Positions 9,411-16,817 of a DNA stretch of 54,510 bases are shown here, piece by piece. The DNA comes from an uncultured Candidatus Saccharibacteria bacterium (GTDB lineage: Bacteria; Patescibacteriota; Saccharimonadia; Saccharimonadales; JAGQNJ01). The stretch is taken from positions 1 through 54,510 of the forward strand of contig CAZEED010000006.1 in the NCBI GenBank assembly GCA_964510945.1. Reading direction: 5' to 3'. The notes below the pieces were generated by a model that was not told where the DNA came from, ran no database searches, and saw only the letters and a list, made by a program, of their open reading frames with translations. Numbering within the stretch: the stretch's first letter is position 1; each line of letters starts with the position of its first letter. A program made the position numbers and the translations under genes.

Positions 9411-10033
9411 TGAGGGTTTTAATTTTTGGCGATAGCATTACGCAAGGATTTTGGGATTTAGACGGTGGTTGGGTTGCTCGCTTACGTCGCACCTATGACA
9501 AGCAAATGATTGAAGGCGTTAATGATGACCCGCCAACTTTATTTAATCTTGGCGTATCTGGCGATAGCAGCGACGACATTGTCACACGGTTTGATAGCGA
9601 GGCTAAGGCTCGAAAAAACAGCGAGAACCTTGCCATAGTTTTTGCTGTTGGCGTAAACGACAGTCGTACAAAGGCAGGTGTAGAGTTTTCTGATACCAAA
9701 CGCTACCTCGACAACTTAAACCAGCTTTGGCAGTCAGCGAAGCAATTTACAGATAAGCTGCTGTTTATTGGATTAACACCTTGTGTTGAAAGCCGCACTA
9801 CGCCTGTGAGTTGGGGCGATACTGGCTACACTAATGACCGCATACAAGCATTTGATAAAACCCTTAAAGATTTTTGCGAGCAAAATAACTTATCATTTGT
9901 TGAGGTTTTTGAGCCTTTTCAAGCAAAGCAACAAACAACCGAACTGCTACCAGACGGCTTGCACCCGAACGAGGCTGGTCATCAGCTCATAGCTGACATT
10001 GTTGGACCAAAGTTAGAGGAGTTATCGAAATGA
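9410..10033 (+). CDS. SGNH/GDSL-family hydrolase
   Basis: Block I VLIFGDSITQG, block III GVND and block V DGLHPN. Confidence 0.85.
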   Translation: MRVLIFGDSITQGFWDLDGGWVARLRRTYDKQMIEGVNDDPPTLFNLGVSGDSSDDIVTRFDSEAKARKNSENLAIVFAVGVNDSRTKAGVEFSDTKRYLDNLNQLWQSAKQFTDKLLFIGLTPCVESRTTPVSWGDTGYTNDRIQAFDKTLKDFCEQNNLSFVEVFEPFQAKQQTTELLPDGLHPNEAGHQLIADIVGPKLEELSK

Positions 10034-10443
10034 AAATAGGCGTAGTCGGCAGTATGCAATACACGGAAAAAATGCTTGAGTTGCGAGACAAACTAATTGA
10101 GCTTGGACACGATGCTTTTGTAACAAACTTGGCAGCTCCCTTTGTCGGAAAAACGGACGACGAAAAAGAGACTATAAAAATACACCAAAAAGAAAATATG
10201 GATGCTATACGAGAGTTTTGGAACTTAATGCAAGGTGCAGACGCTATTCTTGTAGCCAACTTTGATAAGCACGGTATCGCCAACTATATTGGCGGCAATA
10301 CATTCTTAGAAATGGGCTTTGCACACGTTCTAAACCAAAAGATATTTATGCTAAACCCTATACCAGAAATGCCCTATTACAAAACTGAGATTGTTGCGAT
10401 GAAACCCGTTGTCGTTGACGGCGACCTGACCAAGATAAGTTAG
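10030..10443 (+). CDS. nucleoside 2-deoxyribosyltransferase-like (Rossmann-like) protein
   Basis: 137 aa. GGNTFLEMGFA resembles the GTxFExGxA catalytic-Glu segment of the NDT/Rcl family. Weak, motif-level call. Confidence 0.45.
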   Translation: MKIGVVGSMQYTEKMLELRDKLIELGHDAFVTNLAAPFVGKTDDEKETIKIHQKENMDAIREFWNLMQGADAILVANFDKHGIANYIGGNTFLEMGFAHVLNQKIFMLNPIPEMPYYKTEIVAMKPVVVDGDLTKIS

Positions 10444-11078
10444 CGTTTTGTTTTAACGTCTTTTTCACTGTTCTTTTTGGTGCGATAAAGCGAAAACACA
10501 TACAAAACAATTGATACTAGCAGAGAAACGTAGATTGCGGTGTTCAGCCACACTTGCAAAGCGTTCTGACTACTTGCTGCCCACTCGCCAACTATCTTGA
10601 CTGTGATTACCGCAGTAAACAGCATTGGGAAAATATACCAGTATACGATATGCACCCAGTCCGAAAAGATAGCGTAGTTGTTTAGGTATGCTTTGCCCTC
10701 ACGGGTAAATGCCTTACCGTCATACTGTTTTGCAAGCTCATTTTCTAGCTGGTGTGTGTAGTTATACTGTTTTTCTATGTTGATAACGCTCTGAAAGTAG
10801 CGAATTGCCACATACAGCAGAGCAAACCAGACCAGTGACGCAATAACATCGACACTGATAGCAGCATCAACCTCTAACTTTTTCTGGGCAAACTGAGTTA
10901 AAACACTCTGCGACTGGGTAGGCGAAACATATTGAAACGCCATAATGCCAAGTAATACTAAAATTGCAGCAAGGTTCAGCTCACGGGACTTACCGAGCTT
11001 TTTAAAGTCAGCAACCGTGTTGTTGTAATGGTCACTCAGGACCGTGAGCCTAGTATCAGCATTTGGTTTAGCAGCCAT
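10440..11078 (-). CDS. four-TM membrane protein, candidate effector coupled to the TIR-like gene (possibly SLATT-like)
   Basis: 212 aa. Hydrophobic segments are LAAILVLLGIMAFQYV, VIASLVWFALLYVAIRYF, VHIVYWYIFPMLFTAVITV and VWLNTAIYVSLLVSIVLYVF. Its start codon overlaps the TIR gene stop (TAATG). Confidence 0.6.
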   Translation of the reverse strand: MAAKPNADTRLTVLSDHYNNTVADFKKLGKSRELNLAAILVLLGIMAFQYVSPTQSQSVLTQFAQKKLEVDAAISVDVIASLVWFALLYVAIRYFQSVINIEKQYNYTHQLENELAKQYDGKAFTREGKAYLNNYAIFSDWVHIVYWYIFPMLFTAVITVKIVGEWAASSQNALQVWLNTAIYVSLLVSIVLYVFSLYRTKKNSEKDVKTKR

Positions 11079-11767
11079 TATTTAACCTCGTTTAGTGCAG
11101 TGATGATTGGTTTTTCCCTAAATCCATCAACAAGCAAACCATTAGCCCCTTCAAGGGCATAGGGCAAGTTATAACTTGGATGTAGTCTCACAGCTACAAT
11201 CTTTTTACGGTAGAGACGAGCTTGTTGCATTTCGTAGTTAATCCAGTTTATGCAACCAATTTGTGTTAAATCTTCGTGTACCTCGTTGGCATACGCACCA
11301 ACAATTACTAGGACGTGTGTTGCATTCTTGATTTTTTGTGTCAGCACGGCTTTCACACGGTCCACTCTTTCGGACTTAATTTCAGTTGGTGTCATATCCT
11401 GGAACTTAAAATCAAATGTTTTATTTGCGTGCCACATAGACAGGGCATATCTATATTGTTTGTCATTTTCGTAATCAAAACTTACAAAAACCTGCCGTTT
11501 TTTAGCAACCAGACGTATCGGTGGCACGGTTGCTTTCTGTGGGCGAGTAAAAATTGGTAAGCCGTTGTTAGGTGGTGGTGTTGCTTTTTTTAGCCAAGCA
11601 TTAGGTTTAGGCTGTGGCTTTGTATAGATTGGCAATTTGAATTGTGATTGAGGCTTTGGCTGAGCGGCTCGTAATAAGTCCGACAAACTAGCTGGTGGCT
11701 TAGGTTGTGGTCTTGGCGGGTTTACGCCGTTTAATGCTCGGTATAATTCGTCAAAACTGTTCATCAC
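11078..11767 (-). CDS. ThsB-like TIR domain protein (DUF1863/MTH538 TIR-like) with a Pro-rich N-terminal extension
   Basis: The C-terminal ~135 aa, VFVSFDYENDKQYRYAL...ATHVLVIVGAYA...WINYEMQQARLYRKKIVAVRL, parallels Bacillus ThsB (VFFSFHYQD...TCVLIGSQT...WVRYEIMKS...KIIGIHI), including the conserved Glu. Confidence 0.8.
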   Translation of the reverse strand: MMNSFDELYRALNGVNPPRPQPKPPASLSDLLRAAQPKPQSQFKLPIYTKPQPKPNAWLKKATPPPNNGLPIFTRPQKATVPPIRLVAKKRQVFVSFDYENDKQYRYALSMWHANKTFDFKFQDMTPTEIKSERVDRVKAVLTQKIKNATHVLVIVGAYANEVHEDLTQIGCINWINYEMQQARLYRKKIVAVRLHPSYNLPYALEGANGLLVDGFREKPIITALNEVK

Positions 11768-11974
11768 GTCTTTCTTTCCAGCTACATTATACCGCTAACG
11801 GCTGCAAAATCATAGTTACACTATGCTTATGCTTACATTGCAAATGCCTAAAACGCTTGTCAAAATTAGCCCCATAAAAATTCGGTATTTCATAGGTGGT
11901 ATCCCATATCTGGGAATAAAGGGGAAGTACCCCCCTGGCTATTTATGTAACGGTTATCAAGAATTATCTGTTTG

Positions 11975-12592
11975 TTATGTTTCGCTAAGCAATAACTTGT
12001 CGGTAATGCCTTTGTAGTATAGCTCAGTGTCTTTCGCTTTATCGCCGCTGATAACATACTGCTCGTCTTTCAGCATACCCTCATACTTCACAAACAGTTT
12101 TTTACCTGTCATCGAGTTACCAAAGCTGACCGCAACCAATTTACCGTAAGGTAGTGATACAACATTTTGTCCTACGAACATAAGCCGTTTGTTAGTTAGT
12201 ATTAAGCTGCCGTTATCAACAACCTCTAACTTACTAATTGTTTCCTGTGTAGTAGTAGAGTTTCCTTTGCTGCCAGCAGTCGCAGCACCACCCAGAGCAC
12301 CCAGCGGACCAAGCAACACACCGCCAACAACCGCCCGTGTAACTACACCCTTTTTCTTTGTTTTGCCAACGGTCTTTTCAATAATCCTATCGACAACTGC
12401 CATACGCTTAGCACCAAGCTCAACATATGCTTTCTCGTTCTGTTCAAGACTTACGACTACCTGTACAGGTTCAATTTGACCAGATAATATTTTTTGCTGG
12501 CGTGCCTCTTCCTCGGCTTTTTTACGTGCCTGCTCATCTTTATAATCGTTGATTTTCTTTTTGATATTCGATGTTAGTTTCTCAAAAGCCAT
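11975..12592 (-). CDS. hypothetical protein with Gly-rich hydrophobic segment and PH/GRAM-like C-terminus
   Basis: 205 aa. The coiled-coil-like N-terminus is followed by GGVLLGPLGALGGAATAG and then LILTNKRLMFVG, which resembles bacterial PH/GRAM-like domains. Confidence 0.4.
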   Translation of the reverse strand: MAFEKLTSNIKKKINDYKDEQARKKAEEEARQQKILSGQIEPVQVVVSLEQNEKAYVELGAKRMAVVDRIIEKTVGKTKKKGVVTRAVVGGVLLGPLGALGGAATAGSKGNSTTTQETISKLEVVDNGSLILTNKRLMFVGQNVVSLPYGKLVAVSFGNSMTGKKLFVKYEGMLKDEQYVISGDKAKDTELYYKGITDKLLLSET

Positions 12593-12688
12593 TTCATTAC
12601 CTCTTCCTGATAGTGTTTACGGTCATTATGTACCTTTATCCACTTTATTCTGAGCCTCGCAAGGCTCAGTGGTAAAACAGATAACTTA

Positions 12689-13195
12689 CTAGTTATTTAG
12701 GTTTTTAATGGCGTAATCAGCCTCTGCTGCCGTAAACTTTTCGCCATATTCTGACACTAGCTGGTCACGAATTGCGGCAGGTGACATATTCTGCGTTTCT
12801 TGGTAGGTTTTGGCTTTTGCAAGAGCGTTTGCGTTCCAGTCAGTTTCTACATTATCAACTGCATATTGTGCTGCCTCTTTTGAAAACTGCTCGCCATACT
12901 CAGATGTAAGCTGTTCGTACAAACCTTTTTTAGACATATGCTGAGTATTTGCATAAGTATCAGCTTTCGCTAATGCTGATTTGTACTCGGCTGGTACGTC
13001 AGGTTCTTGTTTTTCAGCTGGCTTAGTCTCTGCTGTTTGTGAAGTTTCGCTGCTCGCTGGCGTGCTGCTAGTTGATGTGTTTGTATCAGTACCGCCACTG
13101 GCTGCCGAGACAACAACTATCAATAAGAAAAATCCGATAATCCCCGTTAGTATTTTGTGTCGTCCAAACCAGTTGCCTTGCTTTTTATCTGCCAT
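12689..13195 (-). CDS. Ltp-family (host cell surface-exposed lipoprotein-like) protein, membrane anchored
   Basis: An N-terminal TM segment is followed by a Thr/Ser/Pro linker and two repeats (YKSALAKADTYANTQHMSKKGLYEQLTSEYGEQFSKEAAQYAVDNV and ALAKAKTYQETQNMSPAAIRDQLVSEYGEKFTAAEADYAIKNL). The repeats are typical of the Ltp repeat. Confidence 0.75.
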   Translation of the reverse strand: MADKKQGNWFGRHKILTGIIGFFLLIVVVSAASGGTDTNTSTSSTPASSETSQTAETKPAEKQEPDVPAEYKSALAKADTYANTQHMSKKGLYEQLTSEYGEQFSKEAAQYAVDNVETDWNANALAKAKTYQETQNMSPAAIRDQLVSEYGEKFTAAEADYAIKNLNN

Positions 13196-13243
13196 TACAA
13201 ATTATCCTTTCACTTGATTATATTTGTCGTAAGTATATACCAT

Positions 13244-13283
13244 TTGCTTACATTTGTCAGTGGTTACTTACAATTGTAAGCAA
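13244..13283. promoter_or_regulatory. candidate operator sites in the divergent Ltp/XRE intergenic region
   Basis: A 20-bp near-perfect palindrome ttacttacaattgtaagcaa lies at 13264-13283. An extra half-site ttgcttaca lies at 13244-13252, between divergent genes. Confidence 0.45.
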
Positions 13284-13296
13284 TACGCTAAAAGAT

Positions 13297-13524
13297 GTGA
13301 AAACATCTTCTGTTGAACATATCTATACCGAACTAGGCAAGCGTATTGTTAAGGCACGCAATGATAAAGGTATGAGCCAAGAAAAACTGGCTGCTACTAG
13401 CGGGATTGACCGTTCACATATGGGTTTTATAGAGCAAGGTCGTAGAAAACCAACACTATCTACGCTGTTTAAAATTGCTAAATCGCTTGATATATCACTA
13501 GAACAACTGTTTAAAGGTTTATAA
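13297..13524 (+). CDS. XRE-family helix-turn-helix transcriptional regulator
   Basis: 75 aa with a GTG start. MSQEKLAATSGIDRSHMGFIEQGRRKPTLSTLFKIAKSL is a classic XRE HTH. Confidence 0.8.
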   Translation: MKTSSVEHIYTELGKRIVKARNDKGMSQEKLAATSGIDRSHMGFIEQGRRKPTLSTLFKIAKSLDISLEQLFKGL

Positions 13525-13669
13525 TTCGCCAAACGACAACGCAAGGTCAGGCTCATATTGCCTAACGGTTGCTGCTAAATCCTCAAATTCATAATCCTCA
13601 AAGTTATTGCTGGCAGTTCGTAGAGTTTCCACTAGACGGAGCCAGAGCCAGCAGTGAAATACAGTGACC

Positions 13670-13685
13670 GGGTTCCGTGACCTGT
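13670..13685 (+). repeat. att-like motif, partial internal copy
   Basis: gggttccgtgacctgt is identical to 35283-35298 of copy B. It has the same orientation and lies in a non-coding gap. Confidence 0.45.
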
Positions 13686-13919
13686 CCTCGATTCACTTCT
13701 GACTCAGACAATAAAAACGTTAGCCTTAACAACTAGCAAAAGTTGTTGGAACCGTCTGAAAGGGCGGTTCTTTCATTTTACCTCTTTTGATTGGTACTGG
13801 AGCTAACCTACTCTTAATACGGCAACCAAGCAATATTAAATCCGACCCGGTCCCATGAATTGCCTGAGTTACTATTGTTGCTATACCAATAAAGCATAGT
13901 TCACTATAATAGACGGATA

Positions 13920-14678
13920 ATGACAAATAATCACGATGATCCACAACAAATATTGATACCCTTTCTGCAAGAAGCTTCGAGTTGGGGAGCTGATGATCCA
14001 AAAATCTCCAAGCCATACCTACTTGCTAAAAAAATAGTAGAGTATCTCGATTGTGATGATTCTGATAGAGAAGAAATAGAATTTCTAGCAGACAGGCTAT
14101 TAGATAAACTCGAGTCCGCACTTATGTATTATCAACTAATAAATGCCAAAGAATTTGATGGCAGAAATATTAGCCAAAAACGCACTATATATGAAGGGCT
14201 GTACGCCAACCTTTGGAGTTTCTATAAGGGTCGTGTACAGAATTATCTTCAAAAAATAGGGTGGAACCTGAGCATATTCTTTTGTAGAGATAAGAACCTT
14301 GATAAAGAAGCGACTGATTTCATTGACAAAAACCCTGAATATAAGGATCTAGTGGAGATGGCTCGCAAACAGCGCGCAGCTTGGCAGTCAGACTTTGCCA
14401 ATAGTCGCAACACTTCAGAACACAGTGGCGATTATCGTGATGGCACAAAAACTTATGAGACTAAAGCAGATGCAAAAAGATTGTTTGTGCAAGTGTGCTG
14501 GAATGCTGAAACTCTCATCGCCTATTGCGGGAGCTACAAAATGAAAAGAGAATGGAATGTTATAGAGATTAATCCGGGTGCAACTGTCTTTGATAAGGAT
14601 GATAGGTATAGCATCGAGCATGCTGCCCAAACAACTTGGAGAAAACGACACAGCAATAATAAGCGGAAGTCAGCATAA
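13920..14678 (+). CDS. hypothetical protein with HEPN-type RNxxxH motif
   Basis: 252 aa. SRNTSEHS is encoded at 14406-14423. TATAAT at 13905-13910 lies 9 nt before the ATG. The stop overlaps the next gene's start (ATAATG). Confidence 0.35.
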   Translation: MTNNHDDPQQILIPFLQEASSWGADDPKISKPYLLAKKIVEYLDCDDSDREEIEFLADRLLDKLESALMYYQLINAKEFDGRNISQKRTIYEGLYANLWSFYKGRVQNYLQKIGWNLSIFFCRDKNLDKEATDFIDKNPEYKDLVEMARKQRAAWQSDFANSRNTSEHSGDYRDGTKTYETKADAKRLFVQVCWNAETLIAYCGSYKMKREWNVIEINPGATVFDKDDRYSIEHAAQTTWRKRHSNNKRKSA

Positions 14679-15457
14679 TGAAATTTTTACAATGGGACAT
14701 TTCAATTAGGAAACGAGCTACAAGCTTGGCTCTACCGAAAAAATATGAAAAATACGAAATCAATAAAAAACTCATTTTACTGCCAAACGAGTCTTTAAGC
14801 CCAGCTGATTATTTACAAAATCTAGTAAACCAAATGAGGGATGATGTCTATCCTCTATTCAGGGCTGCTAAAGGAGGCGCTCCATTTACTGTAACTCGGA
14901 ATACCCTATGTTACATAGATCACATTGCATCGTTGATCTATGGGCCAGAGGGTCCTCAAAGTGTAAGACTAAAAAAAATTATCTCGCAATTAGGCACAGT
15001 AGACTCCTATCTAAATAGTAATTATCAAAAATATTCTGATTATTTAATCCAAATATACAGGCACGACTTGGTTCATAATATACGCCCCTTCCCAAAGAAA
15101 ATACTTGTAAACATTGAAGGAATATCAGAAAGTCGCGAAACCTGGTTCTTCATGCAAACTTTATGTGATGGTAAAAGTTTCGATGACAACTTAAGATACA
15201 TGGCCCAAAAAAGGTCTAGAAAGGGCAGGAACCACCTAAGACTGGCTAGCGTGCAGGTAGTTATTGATACCTTTAGCTTATTTTTTGACACAGTTATTTT
15301 AATAAATAGCTATATTGAAAAGTCTAAGAATGACACGAAATTCGAAACAAAACTGTCAAAAAACTACTATAAAATTATGCGCAAAAGCTATTTCAGCTTA
15401 CGTAATTTTACTCTTGATCAGTCATCAAATAAGCAAATATCTAGCAGGTCTAAATAA
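14678..15457 (+). CDS. hypothetical protein with HEPN-type RHxxxH motif
   Basis: 259 aa. YRHDLVHN is encoded at 15059-15076. Translationally coupled to the upstream gene. Confidence 0.35.
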   Translation: MKFLQWDISIRKRATSLALPKKYEKYEINKKLILLPNESLSPADYLQNLVNQMRDDVYPLFRAAKGGAPFTVTRNTLCYIDHIASLIYGPEGPQSVRLKKIISQLGTVDSYLNSNYQKYSDYLIQIYRHDLVHNIRPFPKKILVNIEGISESRETWFFMQTLCDGKSFDDNLRYMAQKRSRKGRNHLRLASVQVVIDTFSLFFDTVILINSYIEKSKNDTKFETKLSKNYYKIMRKSYFSLRNFTLDQSSNKQISSRSK

Positions 15458-15462
15458 TTCCA

Positions 15463-16737
15463 TTATTCTGCAAAACTTAATAAAGAATTCTTGAGTTGTA
15501 GTTTTGTTTGGATACCATTAGCTAGAGCGGTTCGCTCACTTTCAGCGCCGGCGCTTAGCACATACCTCGAATACTCAACGAATGGTGTTTTAAGTTTATG
15601 ATCGATTTTATAGTGGGAAAATAGTGTTTTGGTAATCGCGTAGTGTTTTTCAATCTTAGATCGGAGTTTATCGCTGATTTGGATCTTTTTATGGTTTTTC
15701 TCTATAAATTCCTGGAGCAGGATGCATAGGTTGGTTTCATTGATGTATTTCTCCGGGCAATGGGGATCGACTCGTCGTGTGCAGTTGTAATACACATGGC
15801 GATTGAAATCACCGTTTTTAAGTTTCTTGATCTTATCTTGGGCGGTTATGTCCGCGCCACATCTACCGCACTTCAGTAAACCCCTGAAGGCGAATTGTTT
15901 TGATCCCCAGATACCTTTGTTAACACCTCTGGTTTGCTGGACTAGCTCGAACAGTTCTTTAGAAATAAGCGGCTTATGAGATCCTTTGTACCACTTAGCG
16001 CCCGGGCCTTCTGGATATTGGAACTCTCCGTAGTAGAATGGGTTTTTTAGTAATGCCAGAACCTGGCTTAGAGTTACTTGTCCTCCAGAGCGACTCTTAA
16101 ATTCTTGCTCATCCAGCCAGTTCTTTAATCTACGTCCGCTCCAGTTCTCTTGGCCAGCTTTTCTAAATACTTCAGCGATTATCTCTCCACGTTCAGGATC
16201 AGGGATAATATCTTTGACCCCGCCAAACGCTCGGTTGATATATCCCAAGGGTGCAACCCCAGGGCGCCAACCCATATCACATTTGGTTCTTATCCCACGT
16301 TTTACATTAATGCTCTTATTATCGTTTTCGAGTTTTGCTTGCGAGCAGAGAATCATTAAGAGAAACTTCTCATTAGGATTGTTCGAAAACATCTGGGAGT
16401 AGGTGCGTATATGTAGCAACTTGCCTTGATCCATTAGGTCAACAATTGCCCCTAGGTCTCCGGCGTTTCTACTAAGACGATCTGGTGCCCAGGTGAGTAT
16501 GGCGTTGTACTCATCCTTGGCTATTCCTTCTAGTAGTTTGTTATATACAGGCCTTTGACCAGAATCTTTGGCCGAATGGCTCTCTTTTAGCTCACAGACT
16601 ACATTTAGGCCTTCGTTAGCCGCCTGAGCACGCATTTCGCTCAACTGTGAGTCAATCGACAACGCTTGCTGCTCATCACCTTCAGACGACTTACGTGCGT
16701 ATAAGCAGTATTTTAGTGTGATTTCAGGTTTATCCAT
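15463..16737 (-). CDS. large serine recombinase
   Basis: 424 aa. Catalytic motif YARKSSEGDEQQALSIDSQ, a recombinase domain (NPFYYGEF) and a zinc ribbon (CGRCGADI...YYNCTRRVDPHC). Confidence 0.9.
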   Translation of the reverse strand: MDKPEITLKYCLYARKSSEGDEQQALSIDSQLSEMRAQAANEGLNVVCELKESHSAKDSGQRPVYNKLLEGIAKDEYNAILTWAPDRLSRNAGDLGAIVDLMDQGKLLHIRTYSQMFSNNPNEKFLLMILCSQAKLENDNKSINVKRGIRTKCDMGWRPGVAPLGYINRAFGGVKDIIPDPERGEIIAEVFRKAGQENWSGRRLKNWLDEQEFKSRSGGQVTLSQVLALLKNPFYYGEFQYPEGPGAKWYKGSHKPLISKELFELVQQTRGVNKGIWGSKQFAFRGLLKCGRCGADITAQDKIKKLKNGDFNRHVYYNCTRRVDPHCPEKYINETNLCILLQEFIEKNHKKIQISDKLRSKIEKHYAITKTLFSHYKIDHKLKTPFVEYSRYVLSAGAESERTALANGIQTKLQLKNSLLSFAE

Positions 16738-16817
16738 ACATAGCCAAGGTACCAGTAATCATTGTAAAGTCTAGTGAATTATTGTTTTGCTTTGAATAGG
16801 GGCGTATAAGATGTAAA

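Noticed and set aside
13527-13690. Minus-strand reading frame ending ...NNFEDYEFEDLAATVRQYEPDLALSFGEL* convergent with the XRE gene
   Set aside because: It looks like the C-terminus of a real protein, but it has no in-frame start codon after an upstream TGA and runs into the att-like motif. It is probably a truncated gene remnant at a junction and is not called as a CDS.
13726-14016. 96-aa minus-strand ORF upstream of, and overlapping, the first HEPN-motif gene
   Set aside because: It overlaps the TATAAT promoter and the start of the plus-strand gene. It has no RBS and an implausible sequence.
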